A stretch of 64,000 bases of DNA, taken from Octopus sinensis (Eukaryota). Of the stretch, positions 12,961-25,220 are shown piece by piece. The stretch lies in contig NC_043005.1 in NCBI RefSeq assembly GCF_006345805.1, positions 16,492,001-16,556,000 on the forward strand. The letters run 5' to 3'. Position 1 is the first letter of the stretch. Each line of letters starts with the position of its first letter. Position numbers and translations under genes: made by a program. The notes below the pieces were generated by a model that ran no database searches, was not told the origin of the DNA, and worked only from the letters and a program-made list of their open reading frames with translations.

Positions 12961-13812
12961 ATAATAATAACAATAATAATAATAATAATAATAATTATAA
13001 TAATAATAATAATCCTTTCTACTGAGGTACGAGGCTTGAAATTTTGGGGGATGGGGCAAGATGATTACATCGACCCCCAGAGCATACCTGGTACTTATTT
13101 AATCGACCCCGAAAGGATGAAAGGCAAAGTTGACCTTGGCAGAATTTGAACTCAGAATGTAAAGACAGATGAAATACCACTCAGCATTTTTCCCTCTGTG
13201 CAAACGCTTCTGCCCGCTTGCCGCCTTAACCACAATAATATTATTGAGTGAGAGAGCAGTGCATGCCATCAAAGTGACACTGGGGTAAAATATACAAAGC
13301 CCAGTATACCCACCATGACTACCCGTCTGATAAGGGTACACCAGACACATGCATCACAACCATATGTGCGCGACATAGTGATCTCATATCAAGATTAACA
13401 GCGCTTGACCTTGCAGGTGGGGCCCAGTTAGAATTTTCTTCTGTGGAGTAGCCCATCCCGCTCAAAAGGTCCCTGAATAAGGATTGTTTAAGGATGTTGA
13501 ACAAACCACCCATGTTTCAAAAGGTGAATTATCCAAACCTCTAAGAATTCCTTTCAACACATGGCTATGATAATCCCCCACTACTTCTGCTCATGATCAA
13601 AGATGCACATTTCATCAGCCACCAAGGGACATGCTCAACTGGTTAAGGTCAAACAATTGACAAGCAAATCTGTGGTACTGAGCAGAATATTTGCTGTAGC
13701 CCATCTTTTATACCAAGACAAAACAATGTACATGATAACACTGCCAATCAGTCAAGATCAGAAGCCATGCGAGCCACTGTCTGGGACTGCATCAGGGCTC
13801 TTATTATTATTA

Positions 13813-13857
<45 letters not shown>

Positions 13858-14288
13858 CTAATGTAGACACAAAGTGTTTAATTTGGAAAGAGAGGTAAAT
13901 CTTATTAAATCAACCCAGTAATTGACTGGTAATTATTTTATCAACCCCAGTAGATTAAAGGCAAAAACTGAATAGCTTTTCCCAAGTCTATCAGTGTTTT
14001 TCTTGAAGGGAGGGGACAAATGTTCAGTTGTCACAATGGGTCACTTTAGTTCCCCAAGATCTTCATTGAACTTTCAAAGTTCCTCATTCGACCACCCACC
14101 TGGCAATCTACACCAGTGCAACCATTGTTAATGAGTTCATTGAGAATAGACAACTAGCAAGAACAGGTTATTCAAATGTCATCATTCCACAGTTATTCCA
14201 CAATACTCTGTGTGCATGTGTGTGCATAACAGTATGATATACACGTATGTGCATGTGATAATATATGTATGTATCATATCATATGGTA

Positions 14289-14940
14289 TCCAGACAATTA
14301 CATGACTGACAATTGCCCAACAGGCAATTGCCCAACAGACAAAATTGCCCAATGGACAATGTTTTTTTTGTTAAATTTTTCTTTTTTTTTCTTTTTGGGT
14401 GAAGAATGATGTCCTGCCATCATTTGGTAGATGATCATGTCATTAAATGCTTGTTGTCTTCAATACCTGAAGAAAACACCAGATATTTGGATGACTTGAC
14501 ATTATATTCGCCTGAAAATGGTTATGCCATCACTCCAAGGAATTAATTATTCATAGTAAATCATTGCAAATGTGGTCATACATGTTCCATATGCAAATAG
14601 GTAAGAGTGGGTTGCTTCTGTTACACCGTCATATTCTACCAATACTAAGCATCTTCAAAGTAATCAATGATTGGATCTGCTTCATGGCACAAATTTTCTT
14701 GTAACTGCTCAAATGCTGTTACATCATTGTCTGCTGGCACAAAAGCCAAGGCCTTTCAACACCCCATGGTTCTTCAGCAAACTGAGAAAAAATACTATTT
14801 TTGAGTACAGGAAGATTCGCCCAAATGACAGATAAATGACACGAATGACAGATAAAGATAGGGTGAAAGTACCTGTCGGGCAGATATCTATCAGGCAGTT
14901 GTCCCTACTGGGCAATTGCTCACCAGGCAGTTGACCTAGA
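14289..14940 (-). mobile_element. MULE (Mutator-like) DNA transposon deletion derivative with decayed transposase fragment
   Basis: Minus strand 14752-14400 translates ALAFVPADNDVTAFEQL...PIIDYFED..IGR...WNMYD...NSLE*WHNHF....SHPNIWCFLQVLK, with stops and a frameshift. Imperfect caattgccc-rich inverted termini. Confidence 0.8.
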
Positions 14941-14999
14941 CCCATATCACATATGTGTAAATGTGTCTATCATGTGTATATCGAAGGTATATATATATA

Positions 15000-15260
15000 T
15001 CATCATCATCATCGTTTAGCGTCCGCTTTCCATGCTAGCATGGGTTGGACGGTTCAACTGGGGTCTGGGAAGCCAGAAGGCTACACCAGGCCCAGTTTGA
15101 TCTGGCAATGTTTCTACAGCTGGATGCCCTTCCTAACGCCAACCACTCCGTGAGTGTAGTGGGTGCTTTTTATGTGCCACCGGCACGGGGGCCAGGCGAG
15201 GCTGGCAACAGCCACGAACGGATGGTGCTTTTTACGTGCCACTGGCACGAGGTCAGTCGG
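15000..15260 (-). mobile_element. SINE family C (internal gtgccaccggcacg repeats, RTE-like (GAT)n tail)
   Basis: Contains ggatgcccttcctaacgccaacc and ends in (CAT)n on the plus strand. About 10 copies occur in the window. Confidence 0.8.
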
Positions 15261-15904
15261 GGCGACCTTCTATGTAAACCTGTCTAGCTATGGGAAAATA
15301 GGGATGTTGGCAACAGGAAAGGCATCCAGTCATAGAAAAATCTGTCTCGATGTATTCTATCTGATGCAATCATTGAAATGTAGATGTTCAAATGCTGATG
15401 ATGGACAGAAAAATGAGGGGGATTTGGTTGCTATTTCTAGCATGACTAGTGAATATTTAGAAGTTATATAATTGGTTCATTATATAATGTGCATCTGGCA
15501 TCCTCTTCTCATCAATGACACATTTTTGTAAATGAATAATACCAAAATTAAAAGTAACACCCACAACAAGAAATGAGGAAAAATAGATAATGTTTTCTAA
15601 TGAGTATCTAGTTAATTATCACTAATTAGGCTTTGTTGAGGTGATCCATCAGTTGAAAAATAAATTCTAAGCATGTTTAACCTAAAATGATACATGACAC
15701 CGTTCTGACAAAGTATATTGCTCTCTCACAGTAATGTAGGTTTTCTTCTCTTTGTATTTCATTCTCTGTCATTAGCAATTGGTTTCTCCCCCCACCTCTC
15801 TCTCTCTCTCTCACACACACACACTTTATCTAAGCATTATCCAAGGGTAGTGGCTTGGTAGAATTTTTGCAGAGTCAGACTAAATGCTTTGTGGTATTTC
15901 CTCT

Positions 15905-16132
15905 GGCAAGCTGGCAGAAACATTAGCACGCCTGGCGAAATACGTAGCCGTATTTCGTCTGCCGTTACGTTCTGAGTTCAAATTCCGTCGAGGCCAACTT
16001 TGCCTTTCATCCTTTCAGGGTCGATTAAATAAGTACCAGTTATACACTGGGGTCGATGTAATCGACTTAATCCCTTTGTCTGTCCTTGTTTGTCCTCTCT
16101 GTGTTTAGCCCCTTGTGGGTAGTAAAGAAATA
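15905..16132 (+). mobile_element. SINE family B, full length
   Basis: Complete consensus match from ggcaagctggcagaa to aaagaaata. Confidence 0.85.
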
Positions 16133-16799
16133 GGTATTTCCTCCAGCTCTTTATGTCCCGAGTTCACATCCTGCTGAAATCAGCTTTATCGTTCATTCCT
16201 CTGAGGTCGATAAAATAAGAACTATTTCAGAAAAGGGCTTGATTTAACTGAGTAGCTCCTGTCCATTAAATTTCAGGCCCTGAGCCTATATCAAAAACAG
16301 CTATATATATAATTATACAAAATTAGCAGAAAATGGAGAAGACTTTTGATCAACAAACAAACAAATTGACCAACATCAGTGCAGGAGTAGCTGTGTGGTA
16401 AGTGGCTTGCTTACCAACCACATGGTTCTGGGTTCAGTCCCACTATTGTATGATGTCAAGACAAGACACAAACACACACAGGATGGGCTTCTTTTAGTTT
16501 CCCCTCTACCAAATCTACTCACAAGACTTGGGTCAATCCTTGGCTGTAGCAGAAGACAGTTGCTCAAGATGCATCACAGTGGGAGAGAAACCAAAACTTT
16601 ATGGATGGGAAGCAAACTTCTTAACCACCCAACCAATAACAACAATAATGTCTTTAATTTAGGCTCGAGGTCAAAATTTTGGAGAGAGGGGAACAGTTGA
16701 TTAACCCATCCCTAGTATTTTACTGATCCTTTATTTTCTCAATCCTGCTAGGATGACAGGCAAAACTGACCATAGCATGACTTTGAACTCAGAACTGTG

Positions 16800-17340
16800 A
16801 TACTAGTTTCAAATTTTAGTACCAGGCCAGCAAGTTCAGGAGAGGGAACTAGTCAATTACATTGACTCCAGTGCTCAACTGGTACTTATTTTACTGACCC
16901 CAAAAGGATAAAAGCAAAGTCGGGCCTCAGCGGAATTTGAACTCAGAATGTACAGACAGACGAAATGCCACTAAACAATTTGCCTGGTACACTAACAATT
17001 CTGCCAGCTCTCAGAACTGTAATAATCCTTTCTACTATAGGCACAAAAGCTGAAATTTGAGGGAGGGGTGGGGGACAGTCAATTACATCAACCCTAATAT
17101 TCAACTGGTTCTTAATTTATCAATCCAGAAAGGATGAAAGGCAAAGTCAACCTTGGCAGAATTTGAACTCTGAAAGTATAGACAGACGAAACGCCAGTAA
17201 GCAATTTAGCCAGCATGCTAACGATTCTGCCAGCTCTCAGAACCGTAATAATCCTTTCTACTATAGGCACAAGGGCTGAAATTTGAGGGAGGTGGGGGAC
17301 AGTCAATTACATCAACCCTAATACTCAACTGGTGCTGAAT
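16800..17340 (-). mobile_element. Head-to-tail trimer of SINE family B
   Basis: About 228-bp period with the shared linker ctctcagaactgtaataatcc. The third monomer is interrupted by the family A copy at 17355-17795 and resumes at about 17793-17925. Confidence 0.75.
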
Positions 17341-17354
17341 TTATTCTCTTTTTT

Positions 17355-17566
17355 TTTTTACTCTTTTTACTTTGTTTCAGTCATTTGACTGTGGCCATGC
17401 TGGAGCACCGCCTTTAGTCGAACAAATCAACCCCGAGACTTATTCTTTGTAAGCCCAGTACTTATTCTATCGCTCTTTTTTGCCGAACCGCTAAGTGATG
17501 GCGACATAAACACACCAGCATCGGTTGTCAAGCAATGCTAGGGGGACAAACACAGACACACAAACT

Positions 17567-17606
<40 letters not shown>

Positions 17607-17795
17607 TATATATATATTATACATATATACGACGGGCTTCTTTCAGTTTCCGTCTACCAAATCCACTCACAAGTCTTTGGTCGGCCCGAGGCTATAGTAA
17701 AAGAGACTTGCCCAAGGTGCCATGCAGTGGGAATGAACCCGGAACCATGTGGTTGGTAAGCAAGCTACTTACCACACAGCCACTCCTGCGCCTAT
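17355..17795 (-). mobile_element. SINE family A, full length, nested in a family B copy
   Basis: Complete head-to-tail match to the family consensus. Confidence 0.88.
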
Positions 17796-18296
17796 TGACT
17801 CTGAAAGGATGAAAGGCAAAGTCAACCTTGGCAGAATTTGAACCCAGGATGTACAAACAGACAAAACACCACTAAGCAATTTGTCTGACACACTAACGAT
17901 TCTGTCAGCTCCCAGAACTGTAATAATATTAATAGTTTCTATTGAGGTAATACAGGGTCAATTTTAGAGGGAGAGAGATAAGATAGAATAATGGTATGGA
18001 CATTTGATGGTAGTGGATGGTGACATACAAGTCTGACAGTGGTGAATGGTAGTTACAGCATAGGTAAAAGATAATGGTATTCACAAATGACAATAGTGGA
18101 TGGTACCCTGTGTAGGATTAGTGGGTAGTAAAGTCATGTAATGGTAGTAGATAGTAGCAATGGAGGTAGATGATAATGGTATAGGTTTGTGATGGTAGTA
18201 GTGGTTGTGGACTGGAAAGTTATAAACCAGTCAGAATGGTAACAATCTTAGTTCAGCATAGTTGAGTGGTCAGGATTATGGAAGATCACTTCCTCC

Positions 18297-18330
<34 letters not shown>

Positions 18331-18392
18331 GTCTATCTATCTATCTATCTATCTATCTATTTCTCTTCATCTTTTTCTCTCTCTCTCTCTCT

Positions 18393-18441
<49 letters not shown>

Positions 18442-19133
18442 TATATATATATATAATACATATATACGACGGGCTTCTTTCAGTTTCCGTCTACCAAATC
18501 CACTCACAAGTCTTTGGTCGGCCCGAGGCTATAGTAGAAGACACTTGCCCAAGGTGCCATGCAGTGGGAATGAACCCGGAACCATGTGGTTGGTAAGCAA
18601 GCTACTTACCACACAGCCACTCCTGCGCCTATTGACTCTGAAAGGATGAAAGGCAAAGTCAACCTTGGCAGAATTTGAACCCAGAATGTACAAACAGACA
18701 AAACACCACTAAGCAATTTGTCTGACACACTAACGATTCTGTCAGCTCCCAGAACTGTAATAATATTAATAGTTTCTATTGAGGTAATACAGGGTCAATT
18801 TTAGATGGAGAGAGATAAGATAGAATAATGGTATGGACATTTGATGGTAGTGGATGGTGACATACAAGTCTGACAGTGGTGAATGGTAGTTACAGCATAG
18901 GTAAAAGATAATGGTATTCACAAATGACAATAGTGGATGGTACCCTGTGTAGGATTAGTGGGTAGTAAAGTCATGTAATGGTAGTAGATAGTAGCAATGG
19001 AGGTAGATGATAATGGTATAGGTTTGTGATGGTAGTAGTGGTTGTGGACTGGAAAGTTATAAACCAGTCAGAATGGTAACAATCTTAGTTCAGCATAGTT
19101 GAGTGGTCAGGATTATGGAAGATCACTTCCTCC

Positions 19134-19167
<34 letters not shown>

Positions 19168-19168
19168 G

Positions 19169-19205
<37 letters not shown>

Positions 19206-19270
19206 TTCTCTTCATCTTTTTCTCTCTCTCTCTCTCTCTCACACATACACACACACACATATATATATAT
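17570..19270. repeat. Recent tandem duplication, about 837-bp unit x2
   Basis: caagctacttacc occurs at 17761 and 18598. The two units are nearly identical and bounded by (CA)n(TA)n tracts. Confidence 0.92.
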
Positions 19271-19583
19271 AAGGATATTACTGTTCATAATTCCTAATAA
19301 TATCAGTGGCTAGCAAGCATAAAAAAACCATAAGGGCAAAAATTATTAATTAATAATAAAGGGTACTATTGGTAGCACCAGCATGCCAAAAATAGCAGTC
19401 AAAATGACTCAAAACCTTAGTTTTCACTTGACAAATTAATCTACAATTTTTTTTTAACATATATAAATCTAGCTTTATATATATATATATATATATATAT
19501 ATCTAATATAGGATAAAATTTTTCGAAAAAATTCTGTCAATGGCCAGCATATTAAAAAATATCTTTAAAGGTTAAATTTATAA

Positions 19584-19910
19584 ACAACTTATAAATAAGG
19601 GCAAAAGAAAAAAATTCTAATGCCAAATATGCCGAAAATAGACGTAAATCATCAATAACAATACCCCTGGGTATAAGTAAGTATTTCATTTATTTCTTAC
19701 CGTATTTATCGCTGACGAGGAGAAAATTCTTATGAATTAACTCTGAAATTGAGGCCGATACGATAATAACGGAATTTTTTACAAATTTCTGTCGGCTTAC
19801 TTCGAGACGCGTGCTTATAATGATGAATTATATGGTTATTGACGATTTAAATCTATTTTCGGCATATTTGGCATTAGAATTTTTTTCTTTTGCCCTTGTT
19901 TATAAGTTGT
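19584..19910. repeat. Inverted repeat, 76-bp arms, 175-bp spacer
   Basis: 19584-19659 versus 19835-19910; about 4 mismatches by eye. Confidence 0.9.
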
Positions 19911-20265
19911 ATATATATACAGCAATAAAAAAATGGAGGGGATCAAGAGATGGTATTCATCAACTTTTAGACATTATATTATGTCTGTTTATTTATTTTT
20001 TAAAAAGACAATTATAACAATATGCATACATGTATAAAATATTATGCTTCACATATATAATATATAAAATATAAAAATACCAGTAATTATTATAATATAT
20101 AATGTAGAGCATAGAAAGCAGGCAGAGAAATATATATATATTATATATATATATATATATATCAATAATAACAAAGGGTAAAATTAATTGATTAAGAAGT
20201 AATCAATAATTTCACCAAGTAGAATTCGGCATGAAAAAAGGACCTTTTCACGGTAAACTTAAGTA

Positions 20266-20465
20266 ATACTTAATAATTAGGGTTCAGCAAAGATTTGCTT
20301 TACCACATACCGAAGTTTAGAAATAGCAGCCAAAAACCTTAGCTATTTCTTCTACTTTAAAAAGGGACTCCCAGAGAAATCAAAATAGCTAAGGTTTTTG
20401 GCTGCTATTTCTAAACTTCGGTATGTGGTAAAGCAAATCTTTGCTGAACCCTAATTATTAAGTAT
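20266..20465. repeat. Perfect inverted repeat, 83-bp arms, 34-bp spacer
   Basis: 20266-20348 is the exact reverse complement of 20383-20465. Confidence 0.93.
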
Positions 20466-20548
20466 ATATATATATATGTAGGTCCCGGGTTGAATCGGGG
20501 TTAACCACAGTAAATAAGGTACTCAATACATAGCAGAGTAAATTAATA

Positions 20549-20668
20549 TATTTTATAGAAGGAGCTTCTACAGAACTAGAACTGTTTCATTCAAAAGAAA
20601 TCATCAGGACTGATGATTTCTTTTGAATGAAACAGTTCTAGTCCTGTAGAAGCTCCTTCTATAAAATA
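20549..20668. repeat. 120-bp palindrome (59-bp arms, 2-nt centre, 1 mismatch) containing hammerhead core motifs
   Basis: 20549-20607 versus 20610-20668. Each arm reads CTGATGA-T-TTC(TTTT)GAA-T-GAAAC-AGTT outward from the centre. Confidence 0.9.
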
Positions 20669-20705
<37 letters not shown>

Positions 20706-20768
20706 ATATATCAGTCTGCCTGTCTATTTCTTTCAGTAAAAAAGGTAATATGTCTTTAGAATACTTAC

Positions 20769-20963
20769 TGTCGAGTGTCACAATAAAATACTCTGTACAC
20801 TTTCCCATATCATTGACAGCAATACACATATATTGTCCAACATCGTCTTTAGAAGGGTGATACACTGTTAACATGTGCCTGTCCAGTTCATCTTTCTTAA
20901 TCTCATATTTCTCACTGTCTCCCAGTTTCACAACTTCATGTCCAACATGGAACCAAAACACGT
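20769..20963 (-). CDS. Exon 7: C-terminal part of I-set Ig domain 1
   Basis: Acceptor gtattttcag|AC, donor GACA|GTAAGT; 195 nt, phase 1-1. Translates (D)VFWFHVGHEVVKLGDSEKYEIKKDELDRHMLTVYHPSKDDVGQYMCIAVNDMGKCTEYFIVTLD, with the canonical DxGxYxCxAxN motif. Confidence 0.95.
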
Positions 20964-21049
20964 CTGAAAATACAAGTTTCACATATTTAAGTAACCCTTC
21001 AGCATTCAAATTACTCTGTCAAATATAATCCTTATTTTTATTCTTTTAT

Positions 21050-21279
21050 TCTTTTACTTGTTTCAGTCATTTGACTGTGCCCATGCTGGAGCACCGCCTA
21101 TATTCAAACGAATCGACAACAGGACTTATTCTTTGTAAGCCTAGTACTTATTCTATCGGTGTCTTTTGCCGAACTGCTAAGTTATGGGGATGTAACCACA
21201 CCAACATCGGTTGTCAAGTGATGGTGGGGTGACAAACAGAGGCACACAAGCACATACATACATACATACATACATACAT

Positions 21280-21310
<31 letters not shown>

Positions 21311-21460
21311 TTCTTCCAGTTTTCCGCTTACCAAATCCACTCACAAGGCTTTGGTCAGCCCAAGACTATAGTAGAAGACACTTGCCCAAGGTGCCACTCA
21401 GTGGGACTGAACCCGGAACCATATGGTTCAGAAGCAAGCTTCTTACCACACAGCCACACC
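21050..21460 (-). mobile_element. SINE family A
   Basis: Consensus match. It is nested within a piggyBac-like MITE (about 20995-21640, aacccttcagc...gctaaagggtta). Confidence 0.85.
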
Positions 21461-21639
21461 TTTCACATTACTTAGAATTAATCATGCATTATCTCACAGC
21501 CTCAAGATTTCAATCATGTGATTGTTTATGTTTAGAATGACATTGTAGGGAAGGTATGAGAGGCTAGATCTGGTTGACTTAAACACAAACAGGTAGAATG
21601 TTTGGGTCGGGTACAGCTGGTTTAAATGCTAAAGGGTTA

Positions 21640-22275
21640 CTCTTTCACTTGTTTCAGTGAATTAACTGTGGCCATGCTAGAGCACCGCTTTTAGTCAAGC
21701 AAATCAAGCCTAGTACTTATTCTATCGGTCTCTTTTGCTGAACCACTAAGTTACAGGGATGTAAGCACACCAGCATCAGTTGTCATGCGATGTTGGGGGG
21801 AAAGACACAGACACACAAACATATACACACACATGTACATATATATATATATATATATATATAAATTAAATATAAAATATAAATTACAAAGTGGGACAAG
21901 AACGCAAAAACACACAAAGAGACGACACAAAAAAAACAGACGGGTCACTCGAAGCCTCTAATCTTCAGTCGGAACCGGATCATCTTAGCAATTTCGGCTG
22001 TTTAATCTCGATATCACTCCGAACCAGCCAGCCCCAAGGAAAAACTAAGCCACAGGCATTAGATTTCTTGGAAAGAGGATCGAATGTATATGAAACAAAC
22101 ACATATATACGACGGGCTTCTTTCAGTTTCTGTCTACCAAATCCACTCACAAGGCTTTGGTCAGCCTGAGGCTAAAGTAGAAGACACTTGCCCAAGGTGC
22201 CACACAGTGGGACTGAACCCGGGACCATGTGGTTGGTAAGCAAGCTACTTACCACACATCCACTCCTACGCCTAT
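21640..22275 (-). mobile_element. SINE family A interrupted by a roughly 230-bp insertion in its microsatellite
   Basis: Tail at 21640-21840, foreign sequence at about 21865-22095, head at 22100-22275. Confidence 0.75.
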
Positions 22276-22499
22276 AAAGAAATGAATAGATTAATAAATT
22301 CAACAGTCTGTATACTGTCTATAAAACTAACATTTCTTTTTTCTACAGACCTTCATTGTTTTTCTTTTGGAATTATAAATTTGATACTGTTAAGTGAGTC
22401 TCTCTTTGTTGCTTGATCTGCTAGGAAATAACAACTAAATATCTCTACCAGATTACACCTTACAGAGTCTTAAAAAAAATATCTGCATGTGCACCCAAT

Positions 22500-23103
22500 G
22501 TCTTATTTCTTTATTGCCCACAAGGAGCTAAACATAGAGGGGACAAACAAGGACAGACAAACAGATTAAGTCGATTACATCAACCCCAGTGTGTAACTGG
22601 TACTTAATTTATCAACCCCGAAAGGATGAAAGGCAAAGTCGACCTCAGCGGAATTTGAACTCAGAACATAATGGCAGACGAAATACCGCTAAGCATTTCG
22701 CCCGGCATGCTAACAATTCTGCCAGCATTGCTCCTGTACATGTCTGTCCATGTTTGTAGCCAAATTCAAATTCTTTCCATCCTTGTTTAATGCCCATTTT
22801 CCATGCTGACATTAAAAGGGTTGACAAGTCAGGGGGTCGTGCCAAGCTCCAACATCTGCTTTGACATGGTTTCTTTTTTATTACCCACAAGGAGCTAAAC
22901 ATAGAGGGAACAAACAAGGACAGACAAAGGGATTAAGTCAATTACATCGACCCCAGTGTGTAACTGGTACTTAATTTACTGACCCTGAAAGGATGAAAGG
23001 CAAAGTCGACCTCGGCAGAATTGAACTCAGAACGTAACAGCAGACGAAATACTGCTAAGTCTTTCACCCAGCGTGCTAACATTTCTGCCAGCTCGCCACC
23101 TTA
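22500..23103 (-). mobile_element. Two SINE family B copies (22500-22728, 22875-23103)
   Basis: Consensus matches. Confidence 0.85.
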
Positions 23104-23402
23104 AATACATACTGCTTTGACATGGTTTGTAGGGCTGGTTGCCCTTCTTAACACCAACCACTTCACAGAATGTAGAGGATGTTTTCTAAGCAGCACCAAG
23201 CAACAATGAGGTCACCATGTACCTCACAAGACAAGATCATTTCACCTGAATGGAAAGCTGTATTGAGGAAGATGGCTTTATGCCAGGTGATGAGAGATTA
23301 AATTATGAAAGACAAACAGACAGAAACAGGTGCCTTGCAGCAGAAGAGATATATGAATCCCTGACAAAGAAAAGGAGATAGAGAAGTGAGATATTCACTT
23401 AC

Positions 23403-23776
23403 CAACAGGCTCGGTCCCTTCAACCCGACAGTTCAGAATCAATGCTTCGCCCTCAACACCTGTCGTGCTCACAGGAGGAATTACAAATTTGGGGTCACCA
23501 GTTTCAGAAGGAATTGACTTTTCTTCGGGTTCGGGTAGCTTTTCAACAGTATTTATATTTTTTGATTTCAAACTGACTACTTCATCTTGTGTCTTAGAAA
23601 TGTCTGTTTTGGGAGAAAGGTCCCTGGAACTAGGGACAGTTTGAGAAGGACTATTGGAAGTAGCTACTATTGAGTTTGGTACACTTTCAGAATTATTATT
23701 TACAGTTAGGAACATATCATGGTCCTCTATTTCATTCTCATCAATTTCGGAAAGATCAGACAAATCATCAGCATCT
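23403..23776 (-). CDS. Exon 6: acidic/Ser-rich linker and start of Ig domain 1
   Basis: Acceptor gttccttacag|A, donor GTTG|GTAAGT; 374 nt, phase 2-1. Reads (R)DADDLSDLSEIDENE...GDPKFVIPPVSTTGVEGEALILNCRVEGTEPV, inside ORF 23395..23874. Confidence 0.93.
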
Positions 23777-23819
23777 CTGTAAGGAACATAAATAAATAAA
23801 TAAACAAACAAATAAATAT

Positions 23820-24020
23820 ATTTCTTTACTACCCACAAGGGGCTAAACACAGAGGGACAAACAAGGACAGACAAATGGATTAAGTCGATTATATCGACCC
23901 CAGCGCGTAACTGGTACTTAATTTATTGACCCCGAAAGGATGAAAGGCAAAGTCGACCTCGGCAGAATTTGAACTCAGAATGTAACAGCAGACACACTAC
24001 GGCTACGTATTTCGCCCGGC
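23820..24020 (-). mobile_element. SINE family B immediately upstream of the exon 6 acceptor
   Basis: Consensus match; explains the spurious N-terminus of ORF 23395..23874. Confidence 0.85.
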
Positions 24021-24654
24021 AGATAGATAAATAGATAAATAAATGAATAAATAAACCTGTGGATATTTATGAATGGAGAATGTGAGGAAGCATGGCTAAG
24101 TGAAGTAAGCATGGTTGTTTAGTTATGTGTTTAGGAGTTAGTTATAGATTTACTTATTGAATTTCTTTACTGATACTGTTTTACATAGGGTAAATGTGTT
24201 TGAAAGTTATGGTTTCTTTGGTTTGTTTGTTCCCAAACAACACTTATTTTACTGCTGTTGATACTGCCGGATTGAATAGTACTGGCCAGGTGTCGAAACC
24301 ATAATGATATCCACATGGCAGCTGATGATGGAGCTATGTTGGATTGTTGGTATGGCTGTTTTTGTATATATGGAATAGTATTATAACACATCCTTTTGAT
24401 ATGTATATATATATATGTCTTTGCATTTGTTCCCAGCTATTGCTTAACACCTTGTGTTGGTTTGTTTATGTTCGCATAACTTACCATTTCAGTGAAAGAG
24501 GCTGATAGGATAAGTACCAGGGTTTTTAAAAAATAGGTACTCGGGTTGATTAGTTCAACTAAACCCCTCAAAGTGGTGCCCCAGCATGGCTGCAGTTTAA
24601 TGATTGAAACAAGCTAAAGATAACAGATAAAAGATGTGTGTGTGCATGCACATG

Positions 24655-25220
24655 TGCATGCGTGCGCACATGGGTGTAGGGGGGGGCATGTGTGTGCACA
24701 TGGGTGTAGGGGGGGCATGTGTGTGCACATGGGTGTAGGGGGGGCATGTGTGCGCACATGGGTGTAGGGGGGGCATGTGTGCGCACATGGGTGCAGGGGG
24801 GGCATGTGTGTGCACATGGGTGTAGGGGGGGGCATGTGGCGCACATGGGTGTAGGGGGGGGCATGTGTGCGCACATGGGTGTAGGGGGGGGCATGTGTGC
24901 GCACATGGGTGTGGGGGGGGCATGTGTGCGCACATGGTGTGTAGGGGGGGGGGGGGGCATGTGCGCACATGGGTGTAGGGGGGGGCATGTGTGTGCACAT
25001 GGGTGTAGGGGGGGCATGTGTGCGCACATGGTGTAGGGGGGGGCATGTGTGTGCCATGGGTGTAGGGGGGGGGGCATGTGTGCGTACATGGGTGTAGGAG
25101 GGGGCATGTGTGTGCACATGGGTGTAGGGGGGGCATGTGTGCGCACATGGGTGTAGGGGGGGGCATGTGTGCACACATGGGTGTGGGGGGGCATGTGTGT
25201 GCACATGGGTGTGGGTGTAG
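24655..25220. repeat. G-rich minisatellite, about 19 x 29-31 bp
   Basis: Unit approximately catgggtgta(g)6-8catgtgtgcgca, with variable G-run length. Confidence 0.92.

Noticed and set aside
12652-13059. Ser/Asn-rich ORF near exon 8
   Set aside because: It is a translation of (TAC)n/(AAT)n arrays starting in a SINE, with no flanking splice signals.
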